Shown here: positions 19,537-27,920 of the stretch, piece by piece
Layout: each line of letters opens with the position of its first letter
Numbering within the stretch: the stretch's first letter is position 1
Source of the DNA: an uncultured bacterium
Lineage (GTDB): Bacteria > Macinerneyibacteriota > Macinerneyibacteria > Macinerneyibacteriales > DSCS01
DNA length: 64,000 bases
Direction of reading: 5' to 3'
NCBI GenBank assembly: GCA_964548195.1
Contig: CAZJQC010000001.1
Location: 88,346 to 152,345 of the forward strand
The notes under the pieces: generated by a model
Seen by the model: only the letters and a program-made list of their open reading frames with translations
What the model was told of the DNA's origin: nothing
Database searches by the model: none
Program-made: the position numbers and the translations under genes

Positions 19537-21282
19537 ATGAAAATACACGGACGCATGGCGCTGTTGATATGTCTGGCGCTTTTCATGTTTTCATCGGTTT
19601 TCGCCGCCGTCGAACCCGCCGGATCCGATTTTTACGATTTTGCCGCCAAATTACGGGCAAAATACGGCATAGGAGCATACAGGACGTCAAGGCCGTGGAC
19701 GTCTTCACAGATGGAGGCTTTTCTGAGATCCGCGCAGTCATCGGGAGAAAGGATGACCGCCACGGAAAAAAAGACGCTGGCCGGGTTTTTGAAGCGAATT
19801 TCAGGAGCCGGGAGAGTGTCTCTTTTACATGCCGGGACTGGTGAATATCAGACCGGCATAAACCTCTCCGGAAGGCTGGGGTATGTGGGCGGCGAATACG
19901 TGGCGGGGATCAAGGAGAGTGCGGATTACGTCATATATACCAGCGGCATCACGGCATCCGGCACCCTCGGAAAGACAGCTGAATACTTTATGAGTTTCAA
20001 TGACGAGACCGCCAGCGGCGCGGGCGCCCTGTTGGGCTCCGTGCGTTCGCTGACTTACGACGACGGAGCCGGCGGCACTGTGACCGACAGCCGCAGCGGG
20101 CTTTTTTATTTTAAAAGGGCGCATGGATACGGATGGTTCAACTTTAATACCGAAAGGGACGAGGCCTATTTCGACAGAACGGATGTGATCTTTGAGATAA
20201 AGCTGCCGTTTTGTGCTGTAAGCGCCGGCAAGTTTTCAGACTCATGGGGGCCGGCGGCGTGGGACAACCTTATGCTGTCGGAGAACGCCACGTCCTTCAA
20301 TCAGATAAGGTTTGTCTTTGAGACGGGCCCGCTTACGCTGATATCGCTTTCCGGAGGACTGAGGACAGAGGAGCTCGACCCGGGCAGCGGCATAGAAGTG
20401 GCCAACGGGGACGTTAAATACAGCTACAGAAAAAAATACCTCGCGGCCCATCGGCTTGAAGCCGACCTGGGACGGCTCTCCCTGGGGTTCAACGAAGCGG
20501 TCGTTTACACGGACAAGGACCTGCAGCTTGGATATATGATACCGATGAACATATACTGGAGTGAGCAGCATTATGAGGGCGACCGTGACAATACTGTAAT
20601 GGGCATGGATTTTTCCTATGTCCCCGCGGACGGAATACATCTTTACGGCGAACTGTTTTTGGACGACCTGAGCCTGAGGCAACTCGGCGATTACAGGCAT
20701 ACCAAAGCCGCGTATATAATAGGGGCGTCTGTTTATCCGTCATTTGCAAAGGATGTCGCAATAAGAGCGGAATATTCAAGGGTAAACCCCTTTGTTTATA
20801 CGCACAGGTTTGTAACTGATTCGTACACCCATTATTACACGGGGCTTGGCTCGCAGCTTATGCCCAATTCCGACAGGATAAAGGCCGCGGCCGAATGGAC
20901 TCCGCTGCCGGGACTGGACATAACCCTGTCCGGCAGTCTGACGCGGCACGGCGACGTGTATGTGGATGAAGACGGGGCCTTTGTCAACACAGGCGGCGAT
21001 CTGTCGTATCCCGATATTGCGGGTGATTCGGATGACGCGGCTGATCTTTGTTTTCTCAAAGGAGAGCGCAGCGGAATATTGTCGGCCGGCATACATTTTC
21101 GTTACGCGCTGAGGGACGTGTTTATTCCTCCGGGCATACCCGCGGGCCTCTTCACCGTGGAGGGTGGAGTGAGCCGCGACCGTGTGAAGTATGACTATCC
21201 CGGGGACGGGGGGACGCCGGCGCCGGACGATCTTGCGCAATGGGGCGTGTATTTTATGTTGGGCTACAATTATGGATATTGA
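19537..21282 (+). CDS. Secreted outer-membrane beta-barrel-like protein of unknown function
   Basis: Signal peptide MKIHGRMALLICLALFMFSSVFAAVEP, alternating amphipathic strands, C-terminal aromatic residue (...GYNYGY) typical of OMP beta-signals. Confidence 0.65.
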   Translation: MKIHGRMALLICLALFMFSSVFAAVEPAGSDFYDFAAKLRAKYGIGAYRTSRPWTSSQMEAFLRSAQSSGERMTATEKKTLAGFLKRISGAGRVSLLHAGTGEYQTGINLSGRLGYVGGEYVAGIKESADYVIYTSGITASGTLGKTAEYFMSFNDETASGAGALLGSVRSLTYDDGAGGTVTDSRSGLFYFKRAHGYGWFNFNTERDEAYFDRTDVIFEIKLPFCAVSAGKFSDSWGPAAWDNLMLSENATSFNQIRFVFETGPLTLISLSGGLRTEELDPGSGIEVANGDVKYSYRKKYLAAHRLEADLGRLSLGFNEAVVYTDKDLQLGYMIPMNIYWSEQHYEGDRDNTVMGMDFSYVPADGIHLYGELFLDDLSLRQLGDYRHTKAAYIIGASVYPSFAKDVAIRAEYSRVNPFVYTHRFVTDSYTHYYTGLGSQLMPNSDRIKAAAEWTPLPGLDITLSGSLTRHGDVYVDEDGAFVNTGGDLSYPDIAGDSDDAADLCFLKGERSGILSAGIHFRYALRDVFIPPGIPAGLFTVEGGVSRDRVKYDYPGDGGTPAPDDLAQWGVYFMLGYNYGY

Positions 21283-21799
21283 TGACGGCTTTCGGGTGGC
21301 GCCGGTCTTTAACCCGTATATATGGTATCTTCGCAGCATAAGGTATTTCCTGCCGGCCGCGGCTGCGGTGGGTGTGCTGTTTCTCGGGCCCTGGTCGGCC
21401 GAACTGGATCTTGACGCCGTATTCAGGGGATGGCAGCGTCTGTTTCCCCTGTATATACTTTTTGTCACAGCTTTTTTCATACTGCCGGGATATAACACGG
21501 CTTTGCGGAAAAGGGATTATCAGCTCACCTCATACCGGATAAAAAGAGGGGCGGTCGAAGCCCGCATCTGCCTGAGCGGACGCATATACAGTCTGGACAT
21601 GAAGCTTGAAAGTGGCGTTGTCGTGAAGACAAGGCGGTCGCCGTTGCAGCGTATTGCGGGGATCGGAGATGTCCTGCTGATAAACGGGAAAGCTCATCTG
21701 CGGCTTTCCGACATCCCCGATCCCCTTTTTGTGTCTCAATCGGTCAGACAGGACATCTCCGGCATACAGGCCGCGCGTTCACTCGGCAAAAGGGTATGA
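21272..21799 (+). CDS. Membrane protein with bacterial PH-like (YdbS/DUF304-type) domain
   Basis: Two TM helices followed by a soluble domain. ATG overlaps the stop of the OMP gene. Start inferred. Confidence 0.5.
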   Translation: MDIDDGFRVAPVFNPYIWYLRSIRYFLPAAAAVGVLFLGPWSAELDLDAVFRGWQRLFPLYILFVTAFFILPGYNTALRKRDYQLTSYRIKRGAVEARICLSGRIYSLDMKLESGVVVKTRRSPLQRIAGIGDVLLINGKAHLRLSDIPDPLFVSQSVRQDISGIQAARSLGKRV

Positions 21800-23404
21800 T
21801 ACGCCGCGGGCCGGCAGGAAGTTTTCCTTTATCGTCCTGGGGCTTGTCCACCGCAGCAGATTCAGCGCGGACCCGGCCTTGTCATTGGTGCCGGAACCGC
21901 GTGAGCCGCCAAAAGGCTGCTGACCCACCACAGCGCCTGTGGGTTTGTCGTTGATGTAGAAGTTTCCCGCCGCATGGCTGAGGGCCCGGCGCGCCAGGAT
22001 AACGGCGTCGCGCGTGGAAGCAAAGACCGCGCCGGTCAGGCCGTACGGCGATGTCGTATCGCATAGTTCAAGGGTCTCCTCATATTTGTCGTCCTCATAG
22101 AAGTAAAGGGTGAGGACCGGCCCGAAGATCTCCTCTTTCATGGATCTGTATAAGGGGGTCCTTGCCTCGATGACGGTGGGCTCTATGAAATATCCTTTGG
22201 AATCGTCGCCCGAGCCTCCCATAAGTATTTGAGCGTCGTCGGATTCCCTGGCGTGTTCTATGTAAGACATTATCGAGCCGTATGAGGCGGAATCGATGAC
22301 GGCGTTAAAATATGCGGACATCGATTCGGGAGCGGAGGGGGCCATATGCGACAGCATCGTCTTCATCTCAGCCAGCAGCTCTGTTTTCATGGAGCGCGGT
22401 ATATAGCCGCGCGAAGCCGCTGAGCATTTCTGTCCCTGATATTCGAAGGCGCCCCGCACAAGAGCCGAGGCGACTTCGCGCGGGTCGGCTGACTGATGAG
22501 CGAAGACAAAATCCTTTCCGCCGGTCTCTCCCACTATGCGCGGATAGGATGTATAACTGCCGATATTGCCGCCGATCGTCTGCCAGATATGGTTGAACAC
22601 ACCCGTGGAGCCGGTGAAGTGCACGCCGGCCAGCTCTTTTCGGCGAAGAGCCGCGCCGCCTATGGTCGAGCCGCTTCCTGGTATGAAATTAATGACGCCG
22701 GGCGGGAAGCCCGCCTCCGTGAATATCTTCATAAGCAGGTAGTTTGAAAGCACCGCGGTTGACGCGGGCTTCCAGAGCACGGTGTTCCCCATCAGGGCGG
22801 GAGCGGTCGGGAGGTTTCCGCCTATGGCTGTGAAGTTGAAGGGCGTTATCGCAAGCACAAAACCCTCGAGCGGCCGGTAATCGGTGATGTTCAACGTGGC
22901 GGATGAAGACCGCAGCGGCTGGTTTGCGTATATTTCAGACATGTAATATGCATTGAACCTGAGGAAATCAGCCATTTCACATACGGCGTCGATCTCAGCC
23001 TGATAGACATCCTTGCTTTGTCCCGACATTGTCGCGGCATTCAGTTCCGCTCTGTATTTTTTTGTGATCAGGTCCGCGGCTTTCAACGCTATGGCCGCCC
23101 TGTCCATGTACCCGACACGCTCCCATTCCTTTTTGGCCTCAAGGGCGGCGTCTACTGCCATCGCCACCTCTTTTTCGCCGGCTTTGTGGTAACGCGCGAG
23201 CACATGCGCGTGGTCATGCGGCATTCTTATTTCACCGGTATTGCCGGTGCGTATTTCCTTGCCTCCTATTATAAGAGGTATGTCGGCCGTTTCGGAGCCG
23301 ATCTTTTCCAAAGCTTTTTTGAGCGAATCCCGCTCATGCGAGCCTTTCCGGTATTCAAACACAGGCTCGTTTTCGGGAACAGTCATTAAAAAAAGAGTAT
23401 TCAT
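21779..23404 (-). CDS. L-glutamate gamma-semialdehyde (1-pyrroline-5-carboxylate) dehydrogenase, aldehyde dehydrogenase superfamily
   Basis: FTGSTGVFNHIW, catalytic GQKCSAASR, EIFGPVLTLYFYEDD. Start placed at MNTLFLM (23404), which has a GGAGGTG RBS. Confidence 0.85.
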   Translation of the reverse strand: MNTLFLMTVPENEPVFEYRKGSHERDSLKKALEKIGSETADIPLIIGGKEIRTGNTGEIRMPHDHAHVLARYHKAGEKEVAMAVDAALEAKKEWERVGYMDRAAIALKAADLITKKYRAELNAATMSGQSKDVYQAEIDAVCEMADFLRFNAYYMSEIYANQPLRSSSATLNITDYRPLEGFVLAITPFNFTAIGGNLPTAPALMGNTVLWKPASTAVLSNYLLMKIFTEAGFPPGVINFIPGSGSTIGGAALRRKELAGVHFTGSTGVFNHIWQTIGGNIGSYTSYPRIVGETGGKDFVFAHQSADPREVASALVRGAFEYQGQKCSAASRGYIPRSMKTELLAEMKTMLSHMAPSAPESMSAYFNAVIDSASYGSIMSYIEHARESDDAQILMGGSGDDSKGYFIEPTVIEARTPLYRSMKEEIFGPVLTLYFYEDDKYEETLELCDTTSPYGLTGAVFASTRDAVILARRALSHAAGNFYINDKPTGAVVGQQPFGGSRGSGTNDKAGSALNLLRWTSPRTIKENFLPARGVSYPFAE

Positions 23405-23410
23405 AAGCAC

Positions 23411-23440
23411 CTCCGATATGTTTGTTAAAACATATCGGAG
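23411..23440 (-). promoter_or_regulatory. 13-bp perfect inverted repeat (CTCCGATATGTTT-gtta-AAACATATCGGAG) in the 5' leader of the P5C dehydrogenase gene, overlapping its putative Shine-Dalgarno element
   Basis: Read directly. The arms are exact reverse complements. The 3' arm on the mRNA contains the GGAG of the GGAGGTG RBS, 6 nt before the ATG. Confidence 0.6.
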
Positions 23441-23470
23441 GATAGCGGGTTTGCTCTGTCGTGTCAATAT

Positions 23471-23502
23471 AAAAGCGGGGGTTGCCGGCCGGCGCCCCCC
23501 GC
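23471..23502 (-). terminator. Rho-independent terminator downstream of the S9 peptidase gene
   Basis: On the minus strand, GCGGGGG-gcgccggccggcaa-CCCCCGC followed by TTTTAT. Confidence 0.7.
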
Positions 23503-23511
23503 TCGAAGGTC

Positions 23512-25506
23512 TTATCCTTTAAGGTATTTGTCGAACCAGCCCGAGATCAGCTCAAGCCTCTTGATCCTTCGGTCCGTTCGCCCCTGACGGGAAAGTCCGT
23601 GAGATTCTTCCGGGAAACGGATAAAACGGGTATCGACACCCAGGTATTTAAGGGCGACATATACCTGCTCGCCCTGTTCCGCCGAACAGCGGAAATCGTT
23701 TTCACTGTGTATGATCATGGTGGGTGTTTTCGCGTTTCCCATATACTTCATGGGTGACTGGCGCCAGTAATTATCTGTGTCCTCCCATGGAGGCGTCTCT
23801 CCGAACTCATACTGGAAGTTCCAGTTTACGTCGCTTGTGCCCCACATGCTGATAAGGTTTGAGACGCTTCTCTGTGAGACCGCGGCGGCAAAGCGGTGGG
23901 TGTGGCCTATGATCCAGTTGGTCATGTAGCCTCCGTAACTGCCGCCGGTCACGCCCATTTTTTCCATGTCTATGTAGGGTTTGGCTGCCATGATGTCAGC
24001 GAATCTCATGAGGTCCTCAAAATCCACGGTGCCCCAGTTGTTCCATATCGAGGCCGTGTGTTTTTCGCCGTAGCCCTGGCTGCCGCGGGGGTTGCAGAAA
24101 TAGACCACATAGCCCTGCGAGGCAAGGTAGTTGAACTCATGCATAAAATGGTATCCGTATTGCAGTCTCGGGCCGCCGTGTATTTCCAGTATGGACGGGT
24201 ATTTTTTAGAAGGGTCAAAACCAGGAGGCTTCATGATCCATCCCTGTATGGATGTCCCTGATGCGGATTCGAACTCGATCTCTTCCACCGCGGGCAATGT
24301 CTTTTTCCGGAGCATGGCGCCGTTGATCTCCGCCACCAATGTCTTTGCCGGTGCGCCAGGCTCGAAAAAGGCGATCTCATAAGGGCGGGACATATCCCCG
24401 AATATATATGCGCCGCGACGTCCCGATCCGTCTAAAGACAGGCCGCCCATGACCCCCTTTTCCCGCATGAGTTCGCGGACCTCTCCCGTCGAAGGGTCGG
24501 CCGAACAGATGAAGGTGGCTCCCCTTGCGGATACCTGAAAGAGTATGCGTTTTCCCTGATCCGCCCATACCGGGCCGAATCCGGGCACTCCGCCCGAATC
24601 GTTCAGCGTCAGAGAGCCGAGGGTGAAGTCATGGTCTTTTGTAAGAGAGACGCAGGTTCCCGTCCCGGCGAGGTCTTTCAGCCACAATTCGGTCTTTTTC
24701 CACCATTTTCCACGGCCTTCCGTTCCCTCAAAGGCCAGCCACTTACCGTCCGGGGAAAGCGAAAAAGCGCCTTTGCTGCCGTTTATCGTTGTTATCGGCG
24801 CAATATTTCCGCCCTTTGCGGGTATACTGTAATATTCCCATTCATAGGGATTAAGGCCCGGGTCGTCCGACCTGTTCGAATAGAAGACGATGTCTTTTCC
24901 GTCGGGTGTCCATACGGGCATGAACTCCTCGTGTTCGCCGTGTGTCAGGGCCGTTGTCTTGCCCGACTTGACGTTTACGGTGAGTATATGCCATTTCTCC
25001 GCGGGGATATAACCCGCGCCGTCCGCTTTAAAGAAGACCTTGTCATAGTCTCTGAACAGCGGAAGGCTGTCGCGTTCTTTTTCATGCCCCTTGTCGTCCC
25101 CGGCGGGTTTTTCCCGGTAACAAAAGGCTATGGACCTGCCGTCAGGGCTCCATGCGGGGGCGGAAAAAGCGCCGTCTTTTATCGTAAGGGGGCGCGCCTC
25201 CCCGCCGTCTGCGGGTATGATGTAAAGTCCCGGTCTGCCGTTGTCCCGGTCTGAGACAAAAGCCAGCTCTCTGCCGTCCGGCGACCATGCCGGCGATGTG
25301 TCGTTCCAGTTGCCATATGTGAAACGTCTGATAAGGGATTTTTTTTCTCCGGACGCCATATAGATGTTTTGCCGCGTCTTCCCGCTTTCTTTGTCGGCGG
25401 CTTTGACCGTGTATGCGACGCAGCGTCCGTCAGGCGACATGCGGGCTGCGGTGATGGAATTGAACAGATACAGGTCTGAAGCCGAAACAATCTTTTCAAC
25501 AGTCAT
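23512..25506 (-). CDS. S9-family serine peptidase (prolyl oligopeptidase/acylaminoacyl-peptidase-like) with N-terminal TolB-like beta-propeller
   Basis: Propeller repeats (SPDGR..., WSPDG x3), catalytic GGSYGGYMT (GxSxG), C-terminal alpha/beta-hydrolase Asp/His region. Confidence 0.85.
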   Translation of the reverse strand: MTVEKIVSASDLYLFNSITAARMSPDGRCVAYTVKAADKESGKTRQNIYMASGEKKSLIRRFTYGNWNDTSPAWSPDGRELAFVSDRDNGRPGLYIIPADGGEARPLTIKDGAFSAPAWSPDGRSIAFCYREKPAGDDKGHEKERDSLPLFRDYDKVFFKADGAGYIPAEKWHILTVNVKSGKTTALTHGEHEEFMPVWTPDGKDIVFYSNRSDDPGLNPYEWEYYSIPAKGGNIAPITTINGSKGAFSLSPDGKWLAFEGTEGRGKWWKKTELWLKDLAGTGTCVSLTKDHDFTLGSLTLNDSGGVPGFGPVWADQGKRILFQVSARGATFICSADPSTGEVRELMREKGVMGGLSLDGSGRRGAYIFGDMSRPYEIAFFEPGAPAKTLVAEINGAMLRKKTLPAVEEIEFESASGTSIQGWIMKPPGFDPSKKYPSILEIHGGPRLQYGYHFMHEFNYLASQGYVVYFCNPRGSQGYGEKHTASIWNNWGTVDFEDLMRFADIMAAKPYIDMEKMGVTGGSYGGYMTNWIIGHTHRFAAAVSQRSVSNLISMWGTSDVNWNFQYEFGETPPWEDTDNYWRQSPMKYMGNAKTPTMIIHSENDFRCSAEQGEQVYVALKYLGVDTRFIRFPEESHGLSRQGRTDRRIKRLELISGWFDKYLKG

Positions 25507-25613
25507 GAGAACTCCTTTCGTGTAAGGGCCTTAATATAATAATATAACAGTCGCGGCCGCTGTAAAGGATAAAGACGTCTTGACAAATGGCCATAAAGTA
25601 TTAATTTTTGAAT

Positions 25614-26171
25614 ATGCAAAACGGACTTTTTGAGAAATACGGCGTGAGCGCCGACAGAAGGCTTCATATGGAATCCGTAGCGGACGAGATGGAAAAAGCC
25701 GCGCCTTCTTTCGGCGTCGATCCGCGATCGGCTTACATTGCGGGATTGTACCATGACCTTGCCAGGGACCTGCCGGAGGAGACGCTGATACGGCTGTCGC
25801 TGGAGACGGGACATCAGCCGGACAGTTATGAACGTTCGCATCCGCTGCTGCTGCATACCTATGCGTCGGCCCGGCTTATAAGCGAAGAGGGTATTTCCGA
25901 TGACGCCGAACTGCTGAAAGCCGTCTGCGAACATGCGGTCGGCGGCACGGGCATGAGCAGCCTTTCAAAACTGCTGTATGTGACGGATATGTCAGAACCC
26001 CTGAGGACGTATGCGGAAGCCCCGATCATAAGGAGGCTGCTGGAGTCCGGCCTTGACGCGGCCCTTTTTAAAGCAGTGATTGTATCGATCGGGTATATAA
26101 TGAGATCGGAACGGGTGATCCATCCCGCTACGCTGGGATTGTACAATGAACTGGCGGGAGGCCGGCGATGA
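25614..26171 (+). CDS. HD-domain hydrolase, YqeK-like (putative Ap4A hydrolase family)
   Basis: RRLHMESVADEM...AGLYHDLAR HD motif spacing matches YqeK. The ORF track has TTG at 25608; ATG 25614 preferred. Confidence 0.7.
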   Translation: MQNGLFEKYGVSADRRLHMESVADEMEKAAPSFGVDPRSAYIAGLYHDLARDLPEETLIRLSLETGHQPDSYERSHPLLLHTYASARLISEEGISDDAELLKAVCEHAVGGTGMSSLSKLLYVTDMSEPLRTYAEAPIIRRLLESGLDAALFKAVIVSIGYIMRSERVIHPATLGLYNELAGGRR

Positions 26172-26608
26172 GTGAAAAGGGCCCCTGTCCCCATTGCGGC
26201 CGCTGGCTTAACCGTCCCGTGGTGGTGGACGGCGTCGTACTCAATGCCGGCAATCAGGTCCTTCTCATAAAGAGGGGGCGCGACCCCGAGATGGGGAAAT
26301 ACGCTCTGCCGGGGGGTTTTGTGGATTGGGACGAGACTGCGTCGGCGGCTGTCATAAGGGAGCTGCGGGAAGAGACGGGACTGAGCTGCGCGGTGCGCGG
26401 TTTCGTAGGCTATTATGACGCCCTGTCAAGAGATCCGTCAAGAAGAACGGTCTCTCTTGCGTTTTATTGCGTCGCGGAAGAGGGGCGGAAGGCTCTGGCC
26501 GGGGACGACGCCGCGGAATGCCGCTGGTTTTCACTTGATTCGCTCCCCGAACTGGCTTTTGACCACAGCGCCATAATAAGGGACTTTCGCCGGGTTTTTC
26601 AGATCTGA
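26168..26608 (+). CDS. NUDIX hydrolase with N-terminal zinc-ribbon
   Basis: CPHCGRW ribbon; Nudix box GGFVDWDETASAAVIRELREETGL. Confidence 0.8.
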   Translation: MSEKGPCPHCGRWLNRPVVVDGVVLNAGNQVLLIKRGRDPEMGKYALPGGFVDWDETASAAVIRELREETGLSCAVRGFVGYYDALSRDPSRRTVSLAFYCVAEEGRKALAGDDAAECRWFSLDSLPELAFDHSAIIRDFRRVFQI

Positions 26609-26621
26609 AAAAAAGTTTGTC

Positions 26622-26649
26622 TTGAATAATAACGGAGCGCTTGTATAAT
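26622..26649 (+). promoter_or_regulatory. Sigma-70-type promoter for the RHH-pheST-zapBA operon
   Basis: TTGAAT (26622-26627), 16-nt spacer, extended -10 TGTATAAT (TATAAT 26644-26649). Only ~50 nt of leader before the first ORF. Confidence 0.6.
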
Positions 26650-26701
26650 GTTTCATAAGAGTGAAAACATTGACTCTTTCTAACTTACGGAGGTGGTTCC
26701 C

Positions 26702-26899
26702 ATGCACAGATTGACTACGGTAGCGGTATCTACTTATCTTGTTGAAGAACTTGACAAACTCATAGGACCGGACGGGGTTTATGAAAACAGGACAAAAGCG
26801 ATGAATGCTATACTCGATGAGTATATTAAAAGATATAAAATGGCCAAGGTGTCTGAGGAGAACTGGGAAAAAGCGCAAAGAACGGGTGAGGCGGGATGA
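26702..26899 (+). CDS. Small ribbon-helix-helix (CopG/Arc/MetJ-like) protein, first gene of the pheST operon
   Basis: 65 aa. Predicted N-terminal beta-strand RLTTVAVSTYLVEELDKL followed by two helices. GGAGGTG RBS 6 nt upstream. Its stop overlaps the pheS ATG (ATGA). Confidence 0.5.
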   Translation: MHRLTTVAVSTYLVEELDKLIGPDGVYENRTKAMNAILDEYIKRYKMAKVSEENWEKAQRTGEAG

Positions 26900-27903
26900 A
26901 AGAAACCGATACACTGAAGAGCTTGCGCGGCCGCTTTGACGAGGCCGCGGCCGGCATCGGGGACAAACAGCTCTGGAACGAGGCAAGGGTGCGGTTCCTG
27001 GGGAAAAAAAGCGAGATCAACGGGCTGATGAGGTCTCTCAGAGAACTGGCGCCCGAGGAAAAAAAAACAGCCGGCAAAGAGATCAATGCCCTGAAGCAAT
27101 ACATGGAGGAACGCTTAAGTGACATTCTGGCAGGTATTGGGGTGTCCGGGGTCTCCGTATCGGATCCGACGCTGCCCGGCAGGGCCGCGGAACTCGGGAG
27201 GGAGCACCCTCTCACGACGGTGACAAAGCGCATTGAGGAGATATTCGTACGCATGGGGTTTCAGGTAAAACGGGGCCCGGAGGTGGAATCCGAATGGCAT
27301 TGTTTCGACGCGCTGAACATACCGGAAAGCCATCCCGCCAGGGATGAACAGGACACGTTCTATGTCGACAGGGAAAAGACCGTGCTCAGAACCCATACGT
27401 CCCCGGTTCAGATCAGGACCATGCTTGCCGAAAAACCGCCAATTTACATGATCGCTCCGGGCCGGGTGTATAGAAGCGATGTGCTGGATGCCAGCCATTC
27501 CCCCGTGTTCCGGCAGGTGGAGTCGCTTGCGGTCGACAAGGGCATCTCCTTCGGAGATCTTAAGGGAGTCATATATAATTTTTTGAGCGAACTGTTCGGA
27601 AGTTCAGTAAAGACGCGCTTTGACAACTCCTTCTTTCCCTTCACGGAGCCTTCGGCCGAGGTATACATGGGCTGTTTCTGCGGCGGAAAGGGATGCAGCG
27701 TGTGCAAAGGCAGCGGCTGGCTGGAGATCGGCGGCGCCGGCATGGTCGACCCCGAGGTGTTCCGGTCGGTGGGCATCGACCCGGAAGCCTACAGCGGTTT
27801 TGCCTTCGGCTTTGGCATCGAACGCATGGCCATGCTCATGTACGGGGTGCCCGACATAAGATATTTTTATGAGAATGATTTGAGAATGCTGCGCAATATG
27901 TAG
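26896..27903 (+). CDS. pheS: Phenylalanine--tRNA ligase alpha subunit
   Basis: Class II aaRS motifs FRVPSHPARD-like (ESHPARDEQDTFY), GAGMVDPEV, FGFGIERMAML. Confidence 0.92.
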   Translation: MKETDTLKSLRGRFDEAAAGIGDKQLWNEARVRFLGKKSEINGLMRSLRELAPEEKKTAGKEINALKQYMEERLSDILAGIGVSGVSVSDPTLPGRAAELGREHPLTTVTKRIEEIFVRMGFQVKRGPEVESEWHCFDALNIPESHPARDEQDTFYVDREKTVLRTHTSPVQIRTMLAEKPPIYMIAPGRVYRSDVLDASHSPVFRQVESLAVDKGISFGDLKGVIYNFLSELFGSSVKTRFDNSFFPFTEPSAEVYMGCFCGGKGCSVCKGSGWLEIGGAGMVDPEVFRSVGIDPEAYSGFAFGFGIERMAMLMYGVPDIRYFYENDLRMLRNM

Positions 27904-27920
27904 GGAAGGATGATAGACAC

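Noticed and set aside
20776-21498. 240-aa and other minus-strand ORFs across the OMP gene (also 46231..46962, 49279..49761, 15799..16746)
   Set aside because: All overlap stronger plus-strand genes, have Arg/Pro-rich junk composition and no motifs
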